NCBI GenBank assembly: GCA_002633005.1
Contig: NMRA01000265.1
Coordinates: 441,892 to 505,891 of the forward strand
Length of the DNA stretch: 64,000 nucleotides
Direction of reading: 5' to 3'
Source of the DNA: Phoronis australis
Taxonomy: Eukaryota > Animalia > Phoronida
Shown here one piece after another: positions 52,140 to 64,000 of the stretch. Positions within the stretch are counted from its first letter, which is position 1. The number at the start of each line of letters is the position of its first letter. The position numbers and the translations under genes are program-made. The notes below the pieces were generated by a model. It had not been told where the DNA came from and did no database searches. It saw only the letters and a program-made list of their open reading frames with translations.

Positions 52140-55100
52140 AGAAAATTGGCCAGGAATATCGACCGGGATACCAAGGCTTTTTGGGCATGAAAATGTAACC
52201 AATTTTCTTTGGTACCACAGTGGTCAATGGGTATCCTCATGCTTGGATATGGCTATAAGTTCGAGTACCTCGCAGATTAAATAGTCACCTCGTGGCCATA
52301 AACCCTCATTTTCAAAACTGCTCGTAAAAATCACACCTAAAACAATTTTGGCGACCTAGAGTATGAAAAATGAGGCGGCAGATGGTCGAACAGTAAGGCG
52401 ACTGGAAGAACTCTGACGGTGCATATTCCATAATTGCGACGACAAGGGTTAGGGGCTCCTGTTTTTTAGCCTCACGAGCTCCAAAAACATCAATCAGGCA
52501 CTGGAACCCTTACAACCTTTCAATCCTCCCTACAAAACACCACGCACAGATAACTATTACGACGCACCTGAATTTTTTGTCTGTAGCACGTGGACGAATG
52601 CCGGTGTCGGTGAATAGTGTTATAAATCTTAATTCACGATTTATTGGGCGTCATCAAAATTATTATAATTGTTGCTGTTGAAAGTTTTAATGTTTTCGTC
52701 AGGCTGGAGACTTGGCCCGCGGAGCAAGAAGAGACGAGGAATACTCCGATGAATGTCATTTCCCTGTACGACATCCTAAAAGCTCTTAAAACGTAAGTTA
52801 ACAACGCATGCAACAGTTCAGCTCTAAACAAATTAAAGTATTACTTTGGCAATGGGTGAACACACTTTTTTGTTACTTCAGTTTTCGCGCGTGTGCCTAT
52901 ATACAAAGCTGCGAATAAATTAGGCGCATTCCCCGATACGCGAAACACTTACCACAGCAAAAAGAAAGGAATACGTGAGTGAAACTAGAGTTACCCGTAA
53001 CAAAGCGGTCTGCAGTTTCTTCTTTATTGACATCTTTCCATTGAGTGATGCCATTGTGATCAAAATAAGTGAAAAACGATAAAAGCATCTCAATCGACTT
53101 TTGGTTGAATTTCAACTCCACAAGTGTAATAATTATGCGATCCTTTGCGTCACGTGCTTGTGATTTTTTCAGATTGCTCGTATCATAAATTTTTGTTTGT
53201 AATGGTATTGGATTGAGTTTTATCGTTTCTGTCAAACGTCAAACAAAAAGTGGCGGTCAATGATTACCACGAAGACTTTTTGTGCTGAAGCAAGATGAAA
53301 GTGGCAACAATGGAAACAAAACGCGCCCTCACCGAGACTCTTACTTAGAGCTACACACCCCCTGAAACACAGATTTTAACCCATACCATAGCTTACCGAA
53401 AATAACACGTCTCAAAATTATTCATAGCACGATAGAAAATGATTTCCATCTTAATACTGACAATGCACGGTGTTACTGGATAAAACAGCCAATGATTTTG
53501 ACAAAGTTGGACTAACTTTTCGAGATTGGGTGTTTCTTTTAAATTCAGTACATGAAGTAATTCGTCATTTGCTTGAAAACGGGGTGTTGTGTCCAAATTA
53601 CAAATGGTTCTGCATGTTAGGAAAACGCGCACTTTCACGTTTGCATTGTTAAAATTGATGCTAATACGAGGCATCGTGTCGTAAAAACAATCCACAACAA
53701 CCATTTTTGCAGTGCCACGAAAGTGTGCAAATAGCGAATCGCAGACGATATAGATAGCCGGGGGGAATTTCGCGACCGCGGGTTCAGAATTTCCATTTTT
53801 ATTAGGTAAGTAAGGTACTGACAGAAATACTCAAAGCTAGACCAGAATTAAGATTCCCAGGGTGCCCAGCTACAAGAAGCGTGGTGGCTTTTCATTGACT
53901 GACCGCTCCCAGCAGACATAACCATGCTTCATCAAAACTGAAATGACCTCAGTACAACGGTTTCGATTAGACTGTAATGTTAAATGATTGCTATTTATTG
54001 ATGTCGAAATCTAAGCAACTTCGATTCAACAGCTAGTTTGGAACATCGCCGTAAGTGACCTTTCCCATGTCAAATTTTAATCAGCGGCGCACCTGACTTT
54101 TACATGTCCCTAAACTATATTAGCCTAATGGATAATCCGACACAGCTACAGCATAGCATGTAAATCATTTGCTATCAAAGATGTCATACGTTAAAGCCCC
54201 ATACAGAGCCATCTTTGAAAAGCATTATCTTGGTTCATGTTTTGGGAAGAACCGTTCGTTTTCTTGTTTTTAACACATCAATTGAACTTAACGTTCCTCA
54301 AGACATGATTAAACCATGGATCGAATGAAGTTAATTGATTGCTTCAACGGAAGTATTCACCGTCACAAGCTTGATTCATTTGATGCAAAGTTTACGACCT
54401 TGGCTTGACCTAATGAACGCTGCATCGGAATTGAAGTGGCATAGAACGCGTAGAACGCGAAAAACAGACTAAATTGCATTTTTAAAGTCTGTAGTTCTCC
54501 ACCACTGAAACAGAAGTCAAACTATTCACTAGGTATTTTACTGTTTGTTCGTAAAGATTTTGAATTTCTGTTGATGTCAAAGCATTTCTCCTTTAGTTTC
54601 AAATTTCAAAAAAGCGATTACGTCACTTCGCCGATTTCTCTCCCACAAGCCAAAGCACGTCTCCTTATTAGGTGTGACAAAACTTAAACGAAGTACATTT
54701 CCATGATACGGAAAATATGACCTTTGATCTTTTATGTAAACAAAACAATAGCTATTATGCACTTGGGAAATGTTTACTGGATAATTTTTAAGCGCATGCG
54801 CGAATACATATTATTAGGGGGGGGATAACTTGAAAATTGTATTGGGATGTGGAGCTTAAATCTCGTCTTCGAATTTTTGAGGATAACAGTAATTATCAAA
54901 GGAAAATGTAAGCAGGGAGCTGCAGTTTTAACAAAATTAGCATCAAAAAAAGATGCGTTACCCTCATTCAAAAATCTATTACTCGCATGTCGGCAATTTC
55001 TTATCACTTGTCACCTGTCCGAGTTAACAAGGAAAGAAAATGGCTTGACATATCAGCAAGGGCAAGGATGTCATCCTTTTGCTAGAAATCGAAATTATTT

Positions 55101-55512
55101 TTGAAATTTTCCCTTCTACTTTTTGCGCGATCTCAAGACTAGTGTCTTTTATACTGTGTTCGAGTTTAGCATGGTTTATGTAAATGTATTTGTAATGCAA
55201 GTTTCCATTTAATGACCTCTGGATAGAAGAGCAGACTGCAAATTGCGACTAGATAGTCGAGATTTCGAGTTCAGACTAAACCTTTCAGTCTCAATGACGG
55301 AGTCATTAAGTGCAATCTAAAAGTGGGCAGTTATCCACCTAAACCATTATGTACTCGGACACGGGATAATAAAAAATCACATAGAGTCCGCGTAAAAGTT
55401 GAATCGAAAATGCCAAAAATAAATTCGAGCTCAACCTCGGGTAATTAGATGAGACCCGACCGGGGGTTATGATGTATTGATAGTCATGTTCACGTCGACA
55501 TTTTAACTGCAG

Positions 55513-55589
55513 ACCGAATCTCAAGTCCAAGAAAGGCGCGATGTCCCATTCAATGAAGCAATTCCAGCAGATGATGGCTTACCAGAAAG
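55513..55589 (+). CDS. Second coding exon of the putative peptide precursor
   Basis: Acceptor TTTTAACTGCAG, donor AAG|GTTTGT; in phase 2 reads (E)PNLKSKKGAMSHSMKQFQQMMAYQK with a KK dibasic site; phase 1 out. Confidence 0.55.
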
Positions 55590-55741
55590 GTTTGTATCAG
55601 TAATTGTGTGAGACAACATGATTTGCGTGCACTTCAGTTCCATACCCAGTATAATTAACACGAGAAACCTTATCGTGGTACAGGCTAGGTGGGACAAGTG
55701 ACTGGTAGTGCAGTGATCAAATGTGTGCCTAATATCTTAAG

Positions 55742-55890
55742 GGAGCTGGTTCCCTTGGACGATAGTCTGATATAACGTGCCTGTATTTTTAGAACCAGTT
55801 TGATGCCAGTCATTCATTGGAGAAAACTGGTTCTCAAAATTCGTGCACGTTATATCAGACCATTACCGGTTCCTTGTAACAAGAAGCTCC
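55742..55890. mobile_element. Hairpin MITE
   Basis: GTCTGATATAACGTGC...AGAACCAGTTT / AAACTGGTTCT...GCACGTTATATCAGAC arms. Confidence 0.7.
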
Positions 55891-55924
55891 GTGCACTGAA
55901 TAATTTTTGTAAGGTGTCTTTATT

Positions 55925-56181
55925 CATGAGCGCACCCAGCCTAAAATGAGGGCGACTCGAATTTTTGAGAATGTGAACCTTTTACTAAGATTCACGGGTT
56001 ACGTTCAGAACTGTGAATTGCGCATTCGCCGAATTTTGATAGTCCTTGCCTTTTAGCGGCCTGTTCTCTCGTTTTCTACTCTTTTCGGAGTTGTTTGTTT
56101 TTCTGAGGCGGACGATTTTGCCTACTTCTCCAAATGGGAGATGGCTTGTTCGAGAGCTCGAGCCCACTGGATGCGCGCATG
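55925..56181. mobile_element. 257-bp CATG...CATG MITE with a perfect 5-bp TSD (TTATT)
   Basis: TIR CATGAGCGCACCCAG / CATGCGCGCATCCAG; TTATT at 55920-55924 and 56182-56186. Related ends at 7682-7745 and 11243-11306. Confidence 0.8.
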
Positions 56182-56816
56182 TTATTCTGAATCACTTTTA
56201 CCTTCCGACGCGCGCTGTATCAGTGACCCAATTTTAGGGGACATCAAACATGCCACGACGTCTTCACTTTGTGACGTGTTGCTTTTATGAAAGTATGCGA
56301 AAGACAACGCCTGGGCTTCGAAGACTGCTTGAACTTGCGAGGAAAAATCGATGCTCGCGGAACGGAAACTGTGAATTCAATCTCATATCTAAGGAATTCT
56401 TGCCCACAATTCAACTTCTCAACTTCAATTTTGAGCGGACTCACAAAATGTCGCTGGTCAATTTCCATTTATTTTTAGGCAGCTCTACGTGAGCTGGTGA
56501 CTGCGAGTCCCCCCGTTATCTGGCATTCTATGTGTTTCTATCCCTTGCTTTGCACTCTGAGCCATGCCCATCGTGGTAAAAAAGTGTTTTTATAGAATAC
56601 AGTGGTCCCTGGCAAGTTCTTAGATATACGAATTTCGAAATATACAGCAGTGAAACGGAACCGTCGCTTGTTCACCAGTTGTTGAAATATGAGTGCCTCA
56701 AAACTGAGTAAAAACAAAATAATCACCCCTGCTGACATCATGACTTTGATGGACTGCGTGAACGAAAAACAAAACTGAACCCATGATTTAATTTATACTC
56801 GGGATTTTTCTTACAG

Positions 56817-56848
56817 CAGCGGAAGACGTGAATAAATATGGAAAGTAA
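56817..56848 (+). CDS. Terminal coding exon of the putative peptide precursor (amidation signal)
   Basis: Acceptor TTTTTCTTACAG (NAGNAG); in phase 1 reads (A)AEDVNKYGK* (stop 56846-56848). Confidence 0.55.
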
Positions 56849-57879
56849 AGAAACAAGGACAAAGAGGCCAACCAGCGTGTAACATTCCCTAGTCTTTTTA
56901 TCATTTCCTTGGTTGTAACAGCCAATGGATACAGCACATGCGTATGTGTAGGCCCACTAGCTGAAATATGTATAAAATACTGCCCACTGGCTAATTTCTC
57001 GACGAAGTAAATGCCACAAACTCATGCTCGCAAAGAAACGTTTAATTTATCCAACCGTGTCCACAGGAACATTGCACCAACAGAACACAAAGTAATGTAA
57101 ATTTGACTTGCATGCAAAACAAAAAATTCAAATAGCTAAACTGAAATGAAACTTTTCCGTCTCTCTTGGGTTTTGCATCCTCATTTACGTTACTTACGTG
57201 GCTTGTCGGGTTCCATTTACTCTTTTACCGTGCTAACGTTAGAGTAGCACTGCGAAAGAATATATGTTCTACTGAGCCCAGGGCAATATACATGTAAACG
57301 CAACGCATTTTACAAAGTAACTTAGTAAATATGCGGTAGCCAAATGACATACTAGGGCAAGTTCTCGCTCTTTATTAGTTCATTCCAAAAGTTATCTTCA
57401 TGAAGATCGTCAGTGACACAAGGAGCGAAAAATGCCAACGCATGCTTGCGTCAATTTGGCGGATGGACAGAACCGGATGTGCGAGTACATGTATATCTTG
57501 CAGACTTATGGAAATCATTCTTTCTTAACACGCGGTGACTGGAAATCTAGGCATTCATGTGTTTTGAGCTGTGAAGGAATACTTTCCCATAATCCATTGC
57601 GCTCACACGCTGGGGGGCTTTTTCTCGAAGAGTCTATAGCCGAGAGTTGACTGTCTTTTGGCTTTGGATTTTAGCCTGCTCCCGACTGGCTACGAATTTT
57701 TGTTTTTTGGCTAAGAGTTGTAGACACATTTTCTGACTTTTAGCCATATCCTGATTTTGTGAAACAGGTGAAACTGTGAACTGATTTTTAGCCAAACGTT
57801 TAATGACTTCGAGAAACAGTCAAAAAAGGTCAGCGTCAAGATGTGTCGCTGGGGCACCAGTTTTCAGTGGTAAAAATAA

Positions 57880-58601
57880 TGTGACCCAGCACCAGAAAAT
57901 GAGTCTTAAGTAGGGATTTATCGTTTTTTAATTGTTATGTTTTCTGAAAAAAGCATTTTCTGATCATTTTGATGCATGAAACATGCCCTTACAGTAACAA
58001 GTACCCGAGTTATTCCCATTTCTAGTCGGGGAAAGCAAAGATTTAAAGCTTACAAAAATTAGGAAAATGGCCGAGAAAAAGTGATGATAGTGTCTTTAAA
58101 ATTTCCATAGCAACCTGAAATTGGGTGCTACATCTTAGACTTATTATTTTACAAAAAACAAAAACAAATAAAATTAATCAAAACTAAGAAAAAATACTGA
58201 CCTTAGTACGTAATTGCGGCTATTTCCAAGATGACCACCATTCAATGAAAATTCATTGCATATGGCCGCCATGTAAATGAGAGATTCATGATTAGAAAAA
58301 GGGAGTTTTTTTAAAGACCTGAAACTAATCTCATAAAAGTACAATTCAATTGAAAAATATAAGTTTTCTCCTTTTAAAATGTGTTGCTATGGTATCTCAG
58401 TCGTGGAAAAGGTGATGTTTTTCAAAATGAAATTAATAAGGTTAAAAATGAAGATTGCTTGTTTTAAAGCCATGTTTTGTGACGTAGAATGAATAAATAA
58501 TCATAATCTATAAAAATTGACCTAATTTTCACTGAAAGCGCCTGTTTGCAGTCTGGTCAGGAAATAGTTTTCGACTTACGACTCATTTTGTCGTGCTAGG
58601 T
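57880..58601. mobile_element. ~720-bp non-autonomous DNA transposon with ~30-bp TIRs
   Basis: Left ACCCAGCACCAGAAAATGAGTCTTAAGT vs reverse complement of right ACCTAGCACGACAAAATGAGTCGTAAGT. Confidence 0.6.
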
Positions 58602-58806
58602 GGGAGACAATGACTACCAACAGCACGGATGATACTAATTACTGTGGATGTGATATTGTGTACCAGCCGTCACAGGGACGGGGTGGTTACTAGGGACATT
58701 TGCTATGACGACAATAGCACTGCACATTGTGTCCTCGCGTTTAGGAAGCACTGATTTTAGTTCAAAAGGTTGGGAATTTTCTCCTTAAATTTCGAATACT
58801 GTCATA

Positions 58807-61133
58807 TCGTTAGCACTGCAATAATCTAACTTTATATGAAGACAAAAGATTGCAGCGATTACTCAAAAGGGCGTTAAATGGTAGCACAGTAGCTCACAGC
58901 CACCGAATCAACACGAGCACGATTAGACCGGTCCCGAGAGAACGTCTAATTTGTCGTAAAGAAGGAATTTATTTTACCCTTCACAAGGCAACTTTGATCA
59001 GTTTGTCTATTTGCTTACATGGTATTGTGAATCTTGTTAGTTGATTTTTAAAAGAAAAGCGATATTATCAGTTCTTCAAAAGGAAAATGTGACCAAGTCG
59101 AAAACACTGTGTGTGTGACCGGTTGAAATGCCGTTGCATTAAATTTATTGCCTGTTTGTGTCGTCATCACTCGACTCAAAGGCAGTTGCTTATAGGTAAC
59201 GTGGCCGGTTATCGGAACTGAAAAGCGAGGGGACCCAATTTACTCGAACCATATCATATACTCATCACGTCGGGTTAGAGGCACTGTTGTGGCTAGTGGG
59301 ATAGGTAGCCGCTCCCTTTGCTCTTTGCTCAAGGTCGTGACTGAGTTGGAGCCCCACTATAGTGGGCACACTGCTAGACCCTTGAGTCAGGTCTCTAGCT
59401 TCTCAGCTCGGTTTTAACTATATATTAATAAAGCACAAAAACGGTTCCAGGTGATCAACGCTATGGGCCCAAATGAGATGCATGCGCACGTCTGGTGAAA
59501 CGTGTGCCAGGCCGCCTGAAATTATTGTTTCAACTGCTTTGACTGAAATGGTTAAAAAGCCTTTTAATGTCAGTGAAATGTGTCAAATTGACCAAAAACG
59601 TCATCAAAAAGGACAGCATTCCCCTTGAACTTGACTGTAATAGCTCATCGTTCGCCAGTAGAAACACTCTGTAATGGTGGGTGGAATAGGTTTGCTCAAC
59701 TATTTGATTCATGACGATATACCTCCTTACGGTGCTTCTCATTGCGGCGTTTTCCCGATTATTGTAAATTTGAAGAGTCCATTTTCCAAAAATTAATGTG
59801 CACGTAATAGGCCTATCACAAGCGCTTTCTGTATCGCACTCAATCGCAATATAGCGACCTCTGTATACAAATATGGAACTACCTTCCGGCTTAAGTAGCG
59901 GGCAAAGGATTAAAACGACACCCTATTATATACATGAGCTACGGAAACATACTCTGCCAATGACGAANTCGTTAGCACTGCAATAATCTAACTTTATATG
60001 AAGACAAAAGATTGCAGCAATTACTTAAAAGGGCGTTAAATGGTAGCCCAGTAGCTCACAGCCACCGAATCAACACGAGCACGATTAGACCGGTCCCGAG
60101 AGAACGTCTAATTTGTCGTAAAGAAATTTATTTTACCCTTCACAAGGCAACTTTGATCAGTTTGTCTATTTGCTTACACTGAATGGTACTGTGAATCTTG
60201 TTAGTTGATTTTTAAAAGAAAAGCGGTATTATCAGTTCTTCAAAGGGAAAATGTGACCAAGTCGAAAACACTGTGTGTGTGTGTGACCGGTTGAAATGCC
60301 GTTGCATTAAATTTATTGCCTGTTTGTGGCGTCATCACTCAACTCAAAGGCAATTGCTTAGGTAACATGGCTGGTTATCGGAACTGAAAAGCAAGGGAAC
60401 TCAATTTACTCGGACCATAACATATACTCATCACGTCGGGTTAGAGGCACTGCTGTGGCTAGTGGGATAGGTAGCGGCTCCCTTTGCTCTTTGCTCAAGG
60501 TCGTGACTGAGTTGGAGCCCCACTATAGTGGGCACACAGCAAGACCCTTGAGTCAGGTCTCTAGCTTCTCAGCTCGGTTTTAACTATATATTAATAAAGC
60601 ACAAAAACGCTTCCAGGTGATCAACGCTATGGGCCCAAATGAGATGCATGCGCACGTCTGGTGCAACGTGTGCCAGGCCGCCTGAAATTATCTTTTCAAC
60701 TGCTTTGAGTGCAATGGTTAAAAAGCCTTTTAATGTCAGTGAAATGTGTCAAATTGACCAAAAACGTCATCAAAAAGGACAGCATTCCCCTTGAACTTGA
60801 CTGTGAAAGCTCATCGTTCGCCAGTAGAAACACTATGTAATGGTGGGTGGAATAGGTTTGCTCAACTATTTGATTCATGACGATATACCTCCTTACGGTG
60901 CTTCTCATTGCGGCGTTTTCCCGATTATTGTAAATTTGAAGAGTCCATTTTCCAAAAATTAATGTGCACGTAATAGGCCTATCACAAGCGCTTTCTGTAT
61001 CGCACTCAATCGCAATATAGCGACCTCTGTATACAAATATGGAACTACCTTCCGGCTTAAGTAGCGGGCAAAGGATTAAAACGACACCCTATTATATACA
61101 TGAGCTACGGAAACATACTCTGCCAATGACGAA
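58807..61133. repeat. 1.16-kb near-identical tandem duplication joined by a single N (probable haplotype overlap artefact)
   Basis: 58807-59967 and 59969-61133 are nearly identical; the junction is exactly the N at 59968. Confidence 0.9.
59278..59480 (+). mobile_element. tRNA-derived SINE copy (duplicated at 60444-60646)
   Basis: GTGGCTAGTGGGATAGG A box-like, degenerate B box GAGTTGGAGCCC, then CACACTGCTAGACCCTTGAG; homologous to 45297-45484 (-). Confidence 0.65.
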
Positions 61134-62292
61134 CTGAGCTGCGCACCGTGATTCTAGCTCCTTGCAAGTTTGGCGCGATCATGCAAGACTTCACGAGATA
61201 TCACGCTAGATTTTCCTTGCAAGTATCGTGCACTACAAAACTGGTACCTAGTTGCTTCCTTTGCCTTAAATTTTATTTGTGCTTTCGTGAAAATGCAAAA
61301 TTAGTTTGACCACGACAATTGTACTCGCTGTTGTGCTTAATGTTGCGGGTGCTACTCTGCGTAAAAGGGGTGAATTGCTCTAACACACTTTGTACATGTT
61401 TTAGCGTGTAAAACCTTTCCAAAAAATATTCATTATGTCTTATTTTTATTTTGGTGTTAAAGTGTATCACGAAATGACTTGACAATAAACGTCATTAGTA
61501 AAGTTTAATGGTATTTCATTTTATTAATCTACCGCTGGTGCTACACACATACACGTGTTGCATCAGCACCAGTAGATTCACTACAAAAGTGCACCACGCC
61601 AGCAATCTGAAAAAGAAGGTGGAGGTATGTGCAATAGTAAATACACGATAATTTATTGAGTGAACAAAATAGCCACAAACAGATGAAGATTTCCTAACAG
61701 TTTCGTTAGCACAGCATGCGCGACGGATCTGACGGAGACACGTTTTCATGTACATGCAGCACAGATATTGCTTCCGACTTTCAAGAAGAAAGTGCAATCG
61801 TAATCACTTAAAATCGCATGTTCCGATGAGACGCATCTCAACGACATTTACTGCTCCCCGTTCCTTCCATTCAGAAGCTGGCTAAATACAAGTATGTAAC
61901 CTGTCTGGAGATAACTACTTACAGACACGCCAAAGAAGGTAGTTACCCCATGGAATACAAGTTTGACTAAAATTTGCAAATCAAAGCGTTGCCTGTCATA
62001 GGCGAAGGCTTAAACAAACTAAAACACAATACCGGGTGCTAGCGAACACAGAAAAAGTGGGGGGGGGGGGCAATGAAAGAAGTCAGGATCAACATATTTC
62101 AGTTATGTTTTGTTCCTTACTCAATTTGATCAACAGTACATCTGCCGGAATGCTAATGACTGACTTGAGAAAAAAATAAAATTAATTTGCTGACCAGTCT
62201 TTACTTGTGTGCAATTTGGAAGCTCTACATCTTCGTAAAGATGTAGGAATCGTTTTTTTTGAATGGCAATTTTTAACAACAGATTTCTTTAA

Positions 62293-62480
62293 AGAGTTCC
62301 TATCACGCATGTTCTTATTTTTTGAAATTTCAGTTAGCTAATATGACTTTAATTCCACAACATCTAACTAAATAAGCACCTTTTATGCCAAATAGTAGCG
62401 ATTATGTCATTTTGAAGAACAAATATTTATTTCCAAGTTTTCCGCTAAATGATGTAATGGGTGGAAGACGTTTGGTTAAT
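62293..62480 (+). mobile_element. Left-end fragment of the 18777-22016 Kolobok family
   Basis: TTAA|AGAGTTCCTATCACGC... aligns with 18777-18965. Confidence 0.75.
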
Positions 62481-64000
62481 GGGGCTATTCGGAAAATGTA
62501 CAATAACTAGAGGGCGTGCGTGTACTAGAGGTGATAGATTAACAGCCTCGATTTTGCGAGCCCTTTAAATACATGGTGAAATGGCTTGCAGCCGTGCCAA
62601 CTGAATCTAAGATTGCGTAAAAGGGGTGCTTTTATGAGAGGAAGTAAGCACGACCTCATACAAAGGTAAGGGTTGTGATTATTTTAACGATTATTACATG
62701 ATTATTCTACCTATGCCTGATAACTGAGGCACTCGCCGATGTCGGCTTCGCGGCAGTCACTCGCCAGCAAGAGTCTGGTTAATCTTTGTATGTTGTGATA
62801 TGTGATACGATACTTGACGTAGCAATCGGGATCTTTTCGTACATCAAAGCATTATTATTGTTTGGAATAATTTCTAAAAGTTTATCATTGACAGTTACAT
62901 CAATCAATGCTGAATGTTTATGCTCTGAACTCGATACAGGTTAATGAGTTAAGATTACAATCCAATCCCAATGGCAAAGGGTACGTGAGTGATAAATATC
63001 CATTGCATTAGACTATTTGTTTACTCCCTATCATATGTCTTCTGGAAATCTATTACACGTTGAAATGGAAATCTATCACGTCTGTTTTCACGTAACCTTT
63101 GGTTTTTAGGTTTGAAGGCTTGTACCGTGCAGAGGAGATATGCATCGCTTCTGCACCGTCCCTGAATGGCAAAAATTGGTTTTTAGCATTTGACTGCAGC
63201 CAACCAACAAGATCTTCCCATCATCCAGTGCAGATCTGTCGTCAAAGCCTACTTTCAATATTGGAGACAACGAACAAAGCCTTTGAAAAGGAACAGCTAT
63301 TTTTAAAGTCATTTTGTTAAATTACTTTTGTCAGGTCCCGAGGGGAGATTGGCATGGGGGGTTGTAATATGTGGTACAACTGAATGTGTGGAAATAACAG
63401 GTAATACATGTTTGGGGAAAAGAGCATGGTGAGGTAATTCTTAACCTTCACGAAGTCCCTTCAAGTTGATTTCATGAAACTGTTTTGCTACTTGTATCAA
63501 TTGTAAACCACGAAAATATATTACATTTTCCGAATTTACAGTGACTGAATAGTCTTTAACTCATGCCTTGAAATGTGTCAAGTCGTTATAAATTCAAATG
63601 ACTGCCATTTATGTGAAAATTGCATATTTGATGGTGCCTTACGATTTGTAATTACTCTTAAACAACAGAAAGATTATCCATCATTTTTAAATGACCCAAG
63701 TCTTCATATCTTCTATTAGAAGAAAAACGGTTCCCTCAACCTTAGGCTAGAAGTATGCTTGACAGACCCATGAACCTGTAATCTGAGTTTAAAATTGCTG
63801 AAAGTATCAAAATTAAAAAGGCTTGAAAATTGGTAACAAAGTTTGAAGTTGTCTCAAAAAACTTGTATATTTTACAGACAAGTGATGCGTTTAAAGAATT
63901 GTTATGGCTAGGGATAAAAAATAAAGACACAGTTTTATGCAATACTCATTATATACACCCTTGGTTTCTGAAAATAGTAATTATTTACTTTTATGTGAAA

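Noticed and set aside
56831-56845. Assignment of the peptide to the lophotrochozoan NKY family because it ends in NKY
   Set aside because: NKY peptides are named for an N-terminal K and C-terminal Y and end in RY-amide with an FW-containing N-terminus; none of that is present here.
59530-60908. Duplicated 70-aa gene pair
   Set aside because: Falls inside the N-joined duplication; no coding features.
63099-63400. 73-aa ORF and a PHD-like WY..ECV trace
   Set aside because: Requires several frameshifts and has no coherent exon chain; too weak to call.

Overview
AT-rich, repeat-dense metazoan genomic DNA, probably from a marine invertebrate given the repeat families (species not determinable). 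It is a draft assembly with one N gap and two single-N joins. Most ORFs in the supplied track are spurious. One candidate host gene was found by reading splice sites: three + strand coding exons (47106-47239, 55513-55589, 56817-56848) join in phase into an 80-aa precursor with a signal peptide, an acidic spacer, a KK site and a 26-aa peptide ending Y-G-K-stop, the layout of an amidated neuropeptide or peptide hormone that I cannot assign to a known family. The rest is dominated by dead DNA transposons: two internally deleted TTAA-flanked Kolobok elements (THAP and P2X7-ballast-like KolX remnants); a KolobokP-like composite element with ~660-bp long terminal direct repeats plus a solo repeat inserted into a 61-bp tandem array (3-bp TSD demonstrable); a CA...TG MITE family with 5-bp TSDs; many other MITEs; tRNA-derived SINEs; a LINE ORF1 esterase fragment; and micro/minisatellites. 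A 1.16-kb tandem duplication across a single N is probably a haplotype assembly artefact. All calls are by eye; no database searches were run.
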